Virus record (IMG/VR): IMGVR_UViG_3300044658_000058
Location: 64,001 to 128,000 of that record
DNA: 64,000 nucleotides
Source: a virus
Direction: 5' to 3' (one strand)
Under the pieces are notes generated by a model, which was given only the letters and a program-made list of their open reading frames with translations, did not search any database and was not told the DNA's origin. The translations under genes were made by a program, and so were the position numbers. This document shows, one piece after another, positions 55,539-64,000 of this stretch; the stretch's first letter is position 1, and each line of letters begins with the position of its first letter.

Positions 55539-55907
55539 CTAAGCCTCATTGGTTTTTCCTTCCTGTTCACGGGCCTTCACGATGGCCTTGTCGAGTGCTT
55601 CGATCACTTCGGAATGCTGGCGTCCCGGCAGATCATTCCAAACGGCGACCGAGCCGTAAAAATCTCCGAAAACGGATGCCAGAGTTGCACGGGCCTTTGA
55701 ATAGGCTTGATCCCATTCGTCCAAGGAAAGGCCATGGCGGTTGATGGTCTTCATGATGCCACCAACAAGGCACCAGCGACACGCAAGGGAGTCCAGAGCG
55801 CCAACCGGTTCACCATTGGCGTCTCTGCCGTTCGTGCCCTGTCCCCAATGATCGGGTTCAGACAAAAGCTCACGGGTTTCCGAGAGGACTTGTGAAGTCT
55901 TGATCAT
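55539..55907 (-). CDS. Paralog family A (DUF6197-like) protein
   Basis: PDHWGQG..CRWCLVGGI..WNDLPGRQHSEVIEALDKAI. Confidence 0.75.
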   Translation of the reverse strand: MIKTSQVLSETRELLSEPDHWGQGTNGRDANGEPVGALDSLACRWCLVGGIMKTINRHGLSLDEWDQAYSKARATLASVFGDFYGSVAVWNDLPGRQHSEVIEALDKAIVKAREQEGKTNEA

Positions 55908-55921
55908 GGCATTCCCTTCGA

Positions 55922-56242
55922 TCACAGTTCGATGGCCTTATCAATCAGTGCGATGACTTCGGAATGTTTGCGTTCAGGAAGGTCATTCCATTCAATGAGC
56001 GGCCCGGAATCGTCGTTATAATTTGACCCTTTGAGCGCCAAAAGCAGGCGATCACGAATCTGTCGATATTCGCCGTGATTATCACTCACCTTGCTGATGC
56101 CGCCGACAAGGCACCAACAAACACCGCTTTGAATGGATGCAGATGACCAGCCCGTACTATCCCGAGCAAAACAGCCCTTGGTCCAGTGTTCCGGGTTGGA
56201 AAAAAGCTTTTTCAGCTTTTCGAGTGATCTTTTGACATCCAT
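55922..56242 (-). CDS. Paralog family A (DUF6197-like) protein
   Basis: PEHWTKG..VCWCLVGGI..WNDLPERKHSEVIALIDKAI; start reset to MDVKRS. Confidence 0.75.
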   Translation of the reverse strand: MDVKRSLEKLKKLFSNPEHWTKGCFARDSTGWSSASIQSGVCWCLVGGISKVSDNHGEYRQIRDRLLLALKGSNYNDDSGPLIEWNDLPERKHSEVIALIDKAIEL

Positions 56243-56246
56243 GATT

Positions 56247-56582
56247 TTATTCCGTCGGTTCCGGGTAGCGTTCGGGATGTGCCTTGAAAAGTTCGATGGC
56301 CTTGTCAAACACCGCCATGACATCTTCATGTTTGCGGTTATGTGCATCGTTCCAATGCACGATATCCCGGTGACCCAAGGCATCATAGACCGCCAAGCGA
56401 GCCGAATAGCTGGTGAAGTCGGACACTCTTTCCAAAGCACCGTTCATGCAGAATTTGCAGGCTTTTTCGCCAAGTAGTGTGGCGGTATGGCCATTGGCAT
56501 CACGGGCGTTTGAGCCTTGTGTCCACGTGTCCGGCGTGTTGATAAGCGCCTTGGCCTTGGTCAGAATTTCGAGCGTATTCAA
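56247..56582 (-). CDS. Paralog family A (DUF6197-like) protein
   Basis: PDTWTQG..CKFCMNGAL..WNDAHNRKHEDVMAVFDKAI. Confidence 0.75.
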   Translation of the reverse strand: MNTLEILTKAKALINTPDTWTQGSNARDANGHTATLLGEKACKFCMNGALERVSDFTSYSARLAVYDALGHRDIVHWNDAHNRKHEDVMAVFDKAIELFKAHPERYPEPTE

Positions 56583-56815
56583 GCGATTTCCTCCATCAGA
56601 GCCTTGGCGGCGACATAGGCACAGTCGGCCATATGCTGAATGTTTCCATCATGCCAATCGGACTGGAAACAATATTCGCATTTCCGGAACACGTTGCGGC
56701 CCGTTTCATCGTCCTGAATGCCACGTTCTACCACGGTCTGACAGACCAGTTTCAGCTTTTTCGTTTCTTCATGGTTCAAAAGTGTCGATGCCATTTTCAT
56801 TCCCTCGCTTTTCAA
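56579..56815 (-). CDS. Small Cys/His protein
   Basis: CEYC..H..DC. Confidence 0.6.
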   Translation of the reverse strand: MKSEGMKMASTLLNHEETKKLKLVCQTVVERGIQDDETGRNVFRKCEYCFQSDWHDGNIQHMADCAYVAAKALMEEIA

Positions 56816-56821
56816 GAATTT

Positions 56822-56984
56822 CGGGGCGTGGGGAGGAGTCGAACCTTGCCACTAACGAACACCACGGAAAGGGTTAACGACCTTTCTTGCATCCGTTGCA
56901 TAGACCTCTTGGGTACTCACTGGCTTCCGGAAGGGTAATGATCACTCCCCGACTTTCCACCGGCTTTCGCCTCACTATCACGCC
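56822..56984 (-). ncRNA. ~160-nt tRNA-like RNA
   Basis: GGCGTG/CACGCC terminal stem, AGG-TTCGACT-CCT T-loop, promoter TTGACA-17-TATCTT predicting a start at 56984. Confidence 0.6.
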
Positions 56985-57029
56985 AACCACAAGATAGGTG
57001 ACGATCTGTAGAATGTCAATAGTTAGATT

Positions 57030-57257
57030 CTATGTACCATGATATTCTAGCGAATAATAATATCGGATCACGAAATAGCCGGGATCGAATATGCTCTTGG
57101 AATCCCACATGTGCCATTTCTCACGAACACGAACCCGCTCTAGCCATGCCCAACGCCGCTTGTCTTCAAGGAACACAGGACGCCATGCAAACCACCAATC
57201 GGGTTTCTCGGGTATCCAGTCCCAAAGACGATGCCACCAATCCATTCTGAATTGCAT
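57030..57257 (-). CDS. Trp-rich hypothetical protein
   Basis: WFAWRPV..RWAWLERV. Confidence 0.65.
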   Translation of the reverse strand: MQFRMDWWHRLWDWIPEKPDWWFAWRPVFLEDKRRWAWLERVRVREKWHMWDSKSIFDPGYFVIRYYYSLEYHGT

Positions 57258-57278
57258 GATGTTCCTAATTAAAACTTT

Positions 57279-57322
57279 GCCGGGCTCACAGCTTCGCCGG
57301 GCTCACAGCTTCGCCGGGCTCA
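57279..57322. repeat. 17-bp tandem repeat, about 2.6 copies
   Basis: GCCGGGCTCACAGCTTC x2 plus GCCGGGCTCA. Confidence 0.9.
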
Positions 57323-57506
57323 TTCCATGACCACGAAATCCCGTGATCGGCTTCGGTTCATTGCGCCCATTGCGATAGACAAAATGCCCGTACCAAGGGC
57401 GAGAATCGCACAGGCTCACGCTGGCTTCATTGCCCATGCCATAATGTTTCATTCCCCAATACCAGCGGGGAAGTTTAGAATCTTTTGGGGCTTTGAAGCA
57501 CATCAT
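57303..57506 (-). CDS. Hypothetical protein
   Basis: In operon; ends within the repeat. Confidence 0.5.
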   Translation of the reverse strand: MMCFKAPKDSKLPRWYWGMKHYGMGNEASVSLCDSRPWYGHFVYRNGRNEPKPITGFRGHGMSPAKL

Positions 57507-57509
57507 GAT

Positions 57510-57812
57510 TTAATGTTCGGTGTTATAGCGACTTTTGAACCGTGAGCCCATCGGGGTTGTTCCACAACCCATCAGAAACTCATTCCGTGTCGGTCGTGGC
57601 GAGGCGTCCACAAACTTTCCGCCACGATAAATTTGCAGCGGAATATACGGATGAAAAATTTCCAAGCCGGATTTGTAGCGAACATGTGTTCCAATAATCC
57701 GGTCTTCATGATCGAAATGTTCCGTTCGTTCTGCACCTTCGTTGATGCTTCGGAACAGTTCCAAAAGGTCGTCGGCATCATAGAAAGAGTTATCGTTCAT
57801 AGCTTCGGTCAT
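57510..57812 (-). CDS. Hypothetical protein
   Basis: GGAG/GAGG RBS. Confidence 0.6.
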   Translation of the reverse strand: MTEAMNDNSFYDADDLLELFRSINEGAERTEHFDHEDRIIGTHVRYKSGLEIFHPYIPLQIYRGGKFVDASPRPTRNEFLMGCGTTPMGSRFKSRYNTEH

Positions 57813-58343
57813 AGCCTCACTCCGGTTTCTCTCCCATTCATATAATCATTTATTGATTGAAATCAATGTCTCGTTCCATCATATAGCAGACAAAGAATAA
57901 TGGCAATCGGAAACCACAGATACCAGTAAGCTACCATTTCAGGTTCTCCAATCAGGGGAAACTTACAAGTTTCCCTCAAAGATCGTCAATCGTCCAAGGT
58001 TGAGCCTTGTTCGAATATTCAAAATACGGTTCGCCCTTACCCCACTCACAAACAAATCATCGGTACTTTGGCTTGCCTAAAAACAATCGCACATACCATG
58101 GAGTCGGTTCCCACCAAAGCTTGGTGATAATCTTTTCGTTCACTTCGTTCATTGTGGTTTATCTTTTTCGGATGGTTCACACAGTCGGCAGCGAGTCGTC
58201 GGATCATATTCATTCTTATTGCCAAGCTGATGAAACAAGGCACAATCCGTATCGCAGCGATGACGCTTGTTATCAAACATTGGATTTTCAGGGAAGAGAT
58301 TATTCAATTTCATTCGAATAATCCAATAGAGTGTTTTTAAACA

Positions 58344-58658
58344 TCAGCGAGCGTTCAAATACTTTTCGATTTGCCGTTGCACGTGACCAATATCTTTCTC
58401 GACTTTGATAGAGAAATCATAGTCCCATGTCGGTTGATCATGATCGGATATGCGAAGCACAAAGTTCCTCTGTCCTATACGAAAGTACATATAGATGGAA
58501 TTGGAAGTCTTGGCTTTCTCTTGACGAAACTTAATGTTCTTCGCAGTCAGAAACTTCGTCATTATCAGTGAATATACGGCTATCAATTTCCAATCTCCAA
58601 AGCGCCCATGCGGACGTTGCCATATAATAGATTTGTTTTGTTCGATGTTTATAGACAC
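58344..58658 (-). CDS. Hypothetical protein
   Basis: SNSIYMY..LRISDH motif. Confidence 0.6.
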   Translation of the reverse strand: MSINIEQNKSIIWQRPHGRFGDWKLIAVYSLIMTKFLTAKNIKFRQEKAKTSNSIYMYFRIGQRNFVLRISDHDQPTWDYDFSIKVEKDIGHVQRQIEKYLNAR

Positions 58659-59227
58659 CCACCGACTCGCCTGTCACTCTCTATCGATAAACAGGCAAGG
58701 ATCGATACATTTCATCGGATAACCGAATATGGATAGCGGTTCAAATGCAGATAGGTTGAGCATCAGCTTTTCCAGAATGGACTCGTCAGCAACAAGATGA
58801 TTGCATAGACGCCAAGCACCCATAGAAAAGCCTTTGTGCCTTCCCGTGGTGAGCCGGTGACAGTCTCACGATAGACCGCAGCACATAGTGCACCAACTGG
58901 CACGACAAAGAATGAGATAGGAACGGCATAATGTAGGAGCGAAACAATGTTCGCCCAAAGCGTTGTGAAGTACCAAATCATTTCTTTTTTATTTCCGCAT
59001 AGATCGGCCATGAATAGAATGGATTATCGAGATCGCCCCAGACATGCCAAAAGCCTTCATGGATTTCACCAGTTTGTGCTCGTCTTCGCAGACTGGCACA
59101 GAAGCGATCTATATGGCATACATGCGATCATAGGTCCGATGCATGTATAGGGTCACGGACCAATCAGAGGCAACAAGCCCGCCAACGGATACAAGCGGTT
59201 GCTGATAGAATTCTGACCAGTCTAACA

Positions 59228-59491
59228 TTATGGCCAGATAACCACGACTTTTCTTATGTCGTCGGCTTCGTATTCCGCCACGTCTTCTTCGGCCAGAACA
59301 TCATCAATGAAATATGCTCCCGGTCTGGTAGACGTTGTGAAATATTCCCATGCACCATTGCAGAAGTTGAAACCATTGCCTTCGGCGTCACGGGCGACAT
59401 AAACCTCTAGTTCAGGATCAAGGCCCTGTAGGCACTCAATCAGTTCTTTGACTTTCAATGATCTTCTGCTTTCACAGTGAAGGGAATGCAA
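59228..59491 (-). CDS. Hypothetical protein
   Basis: KVKELIE.LQ..DPELEV..DAEGN..VVIWP. Confidence 0.65.
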   Translation of the reverse strand: MHSLHCESRRSLKVKELIECLQGLDPELEVYVARDAEGNGFNFCNGAWEYFTTSTRPGAYFIDDVLAEEDVAEYEADDIRKVVVIWP

Positions 59492-59883
59492 CGAAGTTCA
59501 GCCGTGATATCCTTGCCTGCAATGGCTTGGTCTAGAACCGGCTGATTTTTCTTTAGTTCGTTTGTGCATTCCAGTTCGGATGTAAAATAGCTCCGGGTTT
59601 GTGCGACTTGGGCCACATCGATATCCGGATTATACATCAGAGCGATTAAAATATAGATTGTTGTGGACATGTTCACATGTTCCCTGTGTTCATCGTGTTT
59701 CACCAATCAAACAGATATGGCTATGTGTGTATGTGTCCCGTTTATCGAACTGTTTCCCCACGGCTTCACACTTCTCTAGAGTCGAGAAATAGAAGCCACC
59801 ATTGCCCCATGTATCGCCAATGTTCACATCGACCATCGATACACCTGTACCGGCATACATAATCAGGATAAGCTTAATGAACA

Positions 59884-60333
59884 TTACGCTTCGTCCAGAA
59901 TTTCGCCCGGAATGCTAAGTCCATGAGAGGCAGCATAAGATCGCATGGCAGCTTCCACGTCATAGACACCTTCAATGCCTAGTTCATCATTAGGCACGAC
60001 AAAATAATGATCATGGCAGCGCTGCAATTCCACCAAGTCGTCGGTATCGATATTGGAAAACAGGTCTTTCCATGTCCCTCTCCCATAGACCAGAGTCGAT
60101 ATGGAGCCGATTGCGTTGCAGACTTCCGTTCCGTTATCCTTCGTTCGAAAACCAATGAAGTCGTCCGGCACAATGTGACCAATGGCACATTTCAAGCCAT
60201 CAGGTGTGTGATATTCGCAGCCCAAGCCATCGCTACCCGTGGCACGTTGCCAGTTCTGGCTTCTCATGCCTTCCCAAGCCTTGTCAAAGACTTGCTGCAA
60301 ATTATCGAATGGCACAGCGTTCGTATCAGTCAT
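59884..60333 (-). CDS. Paralog family B protein
   Basis: LQQVFDKA..CEY..GLKCAIGH..LQRCHD. Confidence 0.78.
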   Translation of the reverse strand: MTDTNAVPFDNLQQVFDKAWEGMRSQNWQRATGSDGLGCEYHTPDGLKCAIGHIVPDDFIGFRTKDNGTEVCNAIGSISTLVYGRGTWKDLFSNIDTDDLVELQRCHDHYFVVPNDELGIEGVYDVEAAMRSYAASHGLSIPGEILDEA

Positions 60334-60854
60334 TAGATTCCTACCTCGTCGGGTGAAACAGCCGTTTCCGGAACAGGCAGCACAAGATTGTGTTGCTTGG
60401 CAAACGCTTCAAAACTTTTTTTGATCTTTTCGGCAATCACATCATTATCATTGTCATAGTGATGAATGACCGTAAAGTCATGGCAATCCTGCAAAGCCGA
60501 TAGTTCATGCATAGGAATGTTCTTGAACAGTTCTTTCAGTTCATTGTAGGCAGAAGCTTTGTCAGAATCGGCAGCGTAATAGATGCCGGTCATATAATCG
60601 ACCTTGCCCGGATAATTGTCGCCAGATGCGACAGTGGCAGTCCAGCGGAGTGAGTTTATAGCGCCAGTAAATGGCATTCGATGGATGATGGAGTCAGGAA
60701 TTGTGTGACCAATGGCACAACGCTTTTGCTTGTCGTGGGTCAGATAGACACAAGAGCCACCACCAAAGGCCGGTTGAAAGTTTTGCTTGGCCATCCCGAG
60801 ATAGGCAGCATTAAAAAGTTCTTGTAGGTCTTTATATGGATTAATCTTCGTCAT
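60333..60854 (-). CDS. Paralog family B protein
   Basis: LQELFNAAY..CVY..RCAIGH..LQDCHD. Confidence 0.78.
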   Translation of the reverse strand: MTKINPYKDLQELFNAAYLGMAKQNFQPAFGGGSCVYLTHDKQKRCAIGHTIPDSIIHRMPFTGAINSLRWTATVASGDNYPGKVDYMTGIYYAADSDKASAYNELKELFKNIPMHELSALQDCHDFTVIHHYDNDNDVIAEKIKKSFEAFAKQHNLVLPVPETAVSPDEVGI

Positions 60855-61053
60855 AATCGTCCTCCACCAGTTCAGGCGGTTCACTAAATTTTATGTTGTC
60901 GGTATCGATTGTATAGTCGCAAGCACCATCGACAATGTAGCCGAACAGCTTTTCATGATACTTTGCCACCCGCTCACGGTCTTCCCAAGTTCGATAATAT
61001 CGCAGGGAATATGAGCCATCCCCACCATCGGCAATGTAAACATAAATTTTCAT
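60841..61053 (-). CDS. Small acidic protein
   Basis: DGGDGSYS motif. Confidence 0.6.
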   Translation of the reverse strand: MKIYVYIADGGDGSYSLRYYRTWEDRERVAKYHEKLFGYIVDGACDYTIDTDNIKFSEPPELVEDDYDED

Positions 61054-61061
61054 GGGAAGAT

Positions 61062-61487
61062 TTATGCAGTTTCAGTTGCAGGCGAACAATCAGGGACAGT
61101 CAGCCCATATGCCCTAGCATATTCCTCTAGCCGCTCTTTCATCCTCTCCGGTTGAAAGCTTCGATCATGGCACGATTGCAATGACTCCAGAGCGGATACG
61201 CTGATTTTGGAAAACAGAGTCTTCCAATCTTCACTCTTCCGGATGCCGGTTGTTATCGAAAAGAGTTGACCACCATCCGGCCCAACATAGACCAGTTCAT
61301 CGGGAATACAGTGGCCAATGGCACATTTGGTTTCATTTGCGCCACGATAGGCACAATAGTTTCGGCCATCAGAAGCCTTTATGTTGGCTTGGACAAAGCC
61401 TTGTGCAGCCAAGCCACGATAGGCGACGTTGAACACATCTTGCAATGTTTCAAAGGGTTTTATGGAGTTCGCAGAATTCGGTTCCAT
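61062..61487 (-). CDS. Paralog family B protein
   Basis: LQDVFNVAY..CAYRG..KCAIGH..LQSCHD. Confidence 0.78.
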   Translation of the reverse strand: MEPNSANSIKPFETLQDVFNVAYRGLAAQGFVQANIKASDGRNYCAYRGANETKCAIGHCIPDELVYVGPDGGQLFSITTGIRKSEDWKTLFSKISVSALESLQSCHDRSFQPERMKERLEEYARAYGLTVPDCSPATETA

Positions 61488-61506
61488 CAATTTATTCCTT
61501 TCTTCT

Positions 61507-61962
61507 TTAGGCCGCTTCCAACACGGGAATTGTAAGCTCGTATCGCTTGGCAAAGCTTTCCAACTGACGCTTCATGTGTTTGGGATTATCCAAATCCGTT
61601 ATATCGGCATAATTGGTAGGAAGGCGAGCATTGTCATGGCAAGCCTGCAATGAACACAATGCACTTAGCGGAATGTTCTTGAATAGTTCGTTCCATTCCG
61701 GAAAATGTTTCTCTTGCTGTCCCGATGGATCATCATGTGTGTATCCAGTCAGAATGCGATAAAGACTTTTCGTGCCGATATCAGCCGTTACCATTTCATC
61801 GGGAACAACATGGCCAATGGCACACTTCGTTCCATTCTCGCCCCGATAGGCACAGGCAACCTGACCGCCCGCAGTAATCGTTATGGCACGTCGCCAGTTC
61901 TGTTTTGCGAGTCCGACATAAGCCTTGTCGAAAATTTCTTGTAACGATTCGTAAGGTTTCAT
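61507..61962 (-). CDS. Paralog family B protein
   Basis: LQEIFDKAY..CAYRG..KCAIGH..LQACHD. Confidence 0.78.
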   Translation of the reverse strand: MKPYESLQEIFDKAYVGLAKQNWRRAITITAGGQVACAYRGENGTKCAIGHVVPDEMVTADIGTKSLYRILTGYTHDDPSGQQEKHFPEWNELFKNIPLSALCSLQACHDNARLPTNYADITDLDNPKHMKRQLESFAKRYELTIPVLEAA

Positions 61963-61975
61963 TATTTTCCCTCAA

Positions 61976-62458
61976 TCAGATAGATGGTTTGCAGCCTTTG
62001 CCATCGGCAAAGATACGACGCCATGGCGTTTGAGAGCCACCAAGGATCATGGGTTCCAGAATGTCGGCAATCTCGGATGGTCGAATGTTCGAATCGTCGT
62101 TCAGAGCCACCAATGAACTATATGGGTTCTTGCGAAACCAATGGTTTGCATCATCCAAACGAAAATAGTCCGGATATTCCTTCACGACCTTGAAATGGCC
62201 AGAATGCGAGAACATTCCAAGAGCATCTTTGATGGAGTCGGGCAATGAATAGGCATCGCCTTCATACTTCCATTGTTCATTGACATCATCAAAGACCGAC
62301 GCAACACCCATCACATCGCACATATGACCGAGGCAGCATCGAGCCCTTCCACGACCACGCAAAACACCTTGTGCTTTGTGCAATCCCGGTTTTCGAAGAT
62401 ACGCAATGATCTTCTTTCGGTTCGCTAGAATTTCATCGTCTGTGTAATCAGTTTTCAT
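61976..62458 (-). CDS. Paralog family C protein
   Basis: DDEILANR..RCCLGHMCD..LNDD..EIADILE. Confidence 0.78.
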   Translation of the reverse strand: MKTDYTDDEILANRKKIIAYLRKPGLHKAQGVLRGRGRARCCLGHMCDVMGVASVFDDVNEQWKYEGDAYSLPDSIKDALGMFSHSGHFKVVKEYPDYFRLDDANHWFRKNPYSSLVALNDDSNIRPSEIADILEPMILGGSQTPWRRIFADGKGCKPSI

Positions 62459-62539
62459 TCAGTTCCCTCAATCTCATATATGGGTTTGCAGACAGGAGCT
62501 AGAAGCGTGTTTATCAGTTCCCAATGATTTGGCTATAGC

Positions 62540-63004
62540 TCATTTCTTTTCGATCCGAGTCCATGGTGAAACATGACTGTCACCATAGATAATTCCTTCG
62601 AGGAAATGGCCGATAGCATCCGGTTGGATTGTTGAGTCATCGTTCAGATTGGCCAGCGAGTCGAAGCAGCCATTTTCATAACGAAAATAGTTGATGTAGC
62701 TGTTTTCTTCCTTGGTGTTGTCATAGAATCGACCAGCGGAGTCATTCATGCCAAGGGCAGCGACCAGAGAGTCCGGCAAATTATATTTTTCGTTATCATA
62801 GAACCACTCACCAGATGCATTTTTCTTGCCATCTAGGCCCATTGCATCACACATATGACCGAGGCAACAGCGCCCGCCAACGGAGTTGCGCAACTGGCCT
62901 TTGGCCTTCCGAAGTTCCGGATTTTTTAGATAGTCAACGACCTTCCGGCGATTGGCCAAAATTTCATCATCAGACCAAAATTTTCCGTCTGTCAGCATGA
63001 CCAT
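62540..63004 (-). CDS. Paralog family C protein
   Basis: DDEILANR..RCCLGHMCD..LNDD. Confidence 0.78.
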   Translation of the reverse strand: MVMLTDGKFWSDDEILANRRKVVDYLKNPELRKAKGQLRNSVGGRCCLGHMCDAMGLDGKKNASGEWFYDNEKYNLPDSLVAALGMNDSAGRFYDNTKEENSYINYFRYENGCFDSLANLNDDSTIQPDAIGHFLEGIIYGDSHVSPWTRIEKK

Positions 63005-63199
63005 CTTTTATTCCTCCGATGTAGTCGAAGCGACTTCGATTCGCTTCCATGGTGTTCCCGGTCCACCATCGTTTTTATCGATAGGCACGTTCAAGAATTC
63101 TACCATGGGAAACCTCCGGTTACATTTTCAAAAGCATAAACACTATCATCAACAGTGTCACGCATGGAATGGTTATGAATAGAATAAGTGTCCAGTCAA

Positions 63200-63418
63200 T
63201 CAACGGCGAGTACTCACATAATATTCCATGATACCAGCAACAAGGACAATCGCCATTCCCGTTACGATACCGAGTCCCCAACCATTACCAGAATTGTTAA
63301 CGGCCATGACGGTCGAGGCACCGACCACGACACCACCAATGGTGTACATTGCATTCAATAGAATTCTCCCACGCAAGAAATTTGCGTTAATACTTTCAGA
63401 TGTGCAAAAATCCATCAT
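63200..63418 (-). CDS. Small membrane protein
   Basis: Two hydrophobic segments. Confidence 0.55.
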   Translation of the reverse strand: MMDFCTSESINANFLRGRILLNAMYTIGGVVVGASTVMAVNNSGNGWGLGIVTGMAIVLVAGIMEYYVSTRR

Positions 63419-63784
63419 TCACCCGAAGGCACAACGACGAATCTTTGCATGAGATTGGAAGAATACGCAAAAATCTTGCGTGAACGCCGAATCATCAGTG
63501 GATAATGGCGTCTTTTCTATAGATGGCCGAAAGAAATGTCAAGAGAAAACTTCGTTTCTCCCAAGCAAAATTGTTCCCATGCGGAGCATTTTCCAAATGC
63601 TCACAAGAACATTGCATGAGTTCGATCTAACACGCAAAGATTCGTCATTGCACCGAAGGACAGACCGTGGATTCTTGCGTGTCAGGATGATTTGTTGCAA
63701 TAATTGTGAGTCCCAGATAGATCGCCACCATCAGGACGAACACAGTCTTTTCCAATCGGTTCCAAGGTCTAAGAGATTTCATAT

Positions 63785-63988
63785 CTACCACGAAACATCT
63801 TCGTTCCCCGAGGCATAGTAATATGCCGTTGTCTTCTCCCGAGGATATGTTTTGATAAGCTGAATATGGGCTTCGGCAGCTTTCTTTGTGTCAAATGATT
63901 TCACAAATTCCCATTTCTGCCCCAGATGAATGAACCATGGAAACTTTGTTCTTTGATATAGATGATGAACAACTATTTCTGGTGCCAA
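63785..63988 (-). CDS. Hypothetical protein
   Basis: ORF at the window end. Confidence 0.5.
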   Translation of the reverse strand: MAPEIVVHHLYQRTKFPWFIHLGQKWEFVKSFDTKKAAEAHIQLIKTYPREKTTAYYYASGNEDVSW

Positions 63989-64000
63989 TTCTACTGTGAC

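Noticed and set aside
1-64000. Genome-wide stop codon reassignment
   Set aside because: All core genes are intact in the standard code and end in TAA, TAG or TGA; internal stops occur only in tiny accessory ORFs

Overview
A 64 kb segment of a T4-like myovirus genome. The host is probably an alphaproteobacterium (Rhizobiales-like); this is inferred from a circularly permuted tmRNA with an NDNF..LAVAA tag. Bases 1-1023 are the start of the tail sheath gene. Bases 1.1-6.3 kb are a plus-strand block with the permuted tmRNA, an orphan BrnA-like antitoxin, a PRTase-like gene, gp33, gp59, MazG and gp32. Bases 6.3-44.2 kb are the mostly minus-strand late virion module: gp16, gp15, gp14, repeat-rich fibre proteins, gp13, a sulfotransferase/oxygenase/glycosyltransferase/methyltransferase cassette, tail fibres, a DUF4815-type protein, gp8, gp7, gp6, gp25, PAAR, gp5, hub, gp53, gp48 and gp4. 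Bases 44.2-64 kb are an accessory region of small early genes, including 13 members of four related Cys/ND-HD paralog families. The most striking signals are non-coding: the two-piece tmRNA, a tRNA-Phe split by a ~147-nt insert whose 3' half is read in frame inside a methyltransferase ORF, a ~160-nt tRNA-like RNA with its own promoter, a ~190-nt multibranch RNA, and two tandem-pseudoknot clusters directly after stop codons. All family assignments come from motif recognition and gene order, not database searches, and RNA structures were paired by eye.
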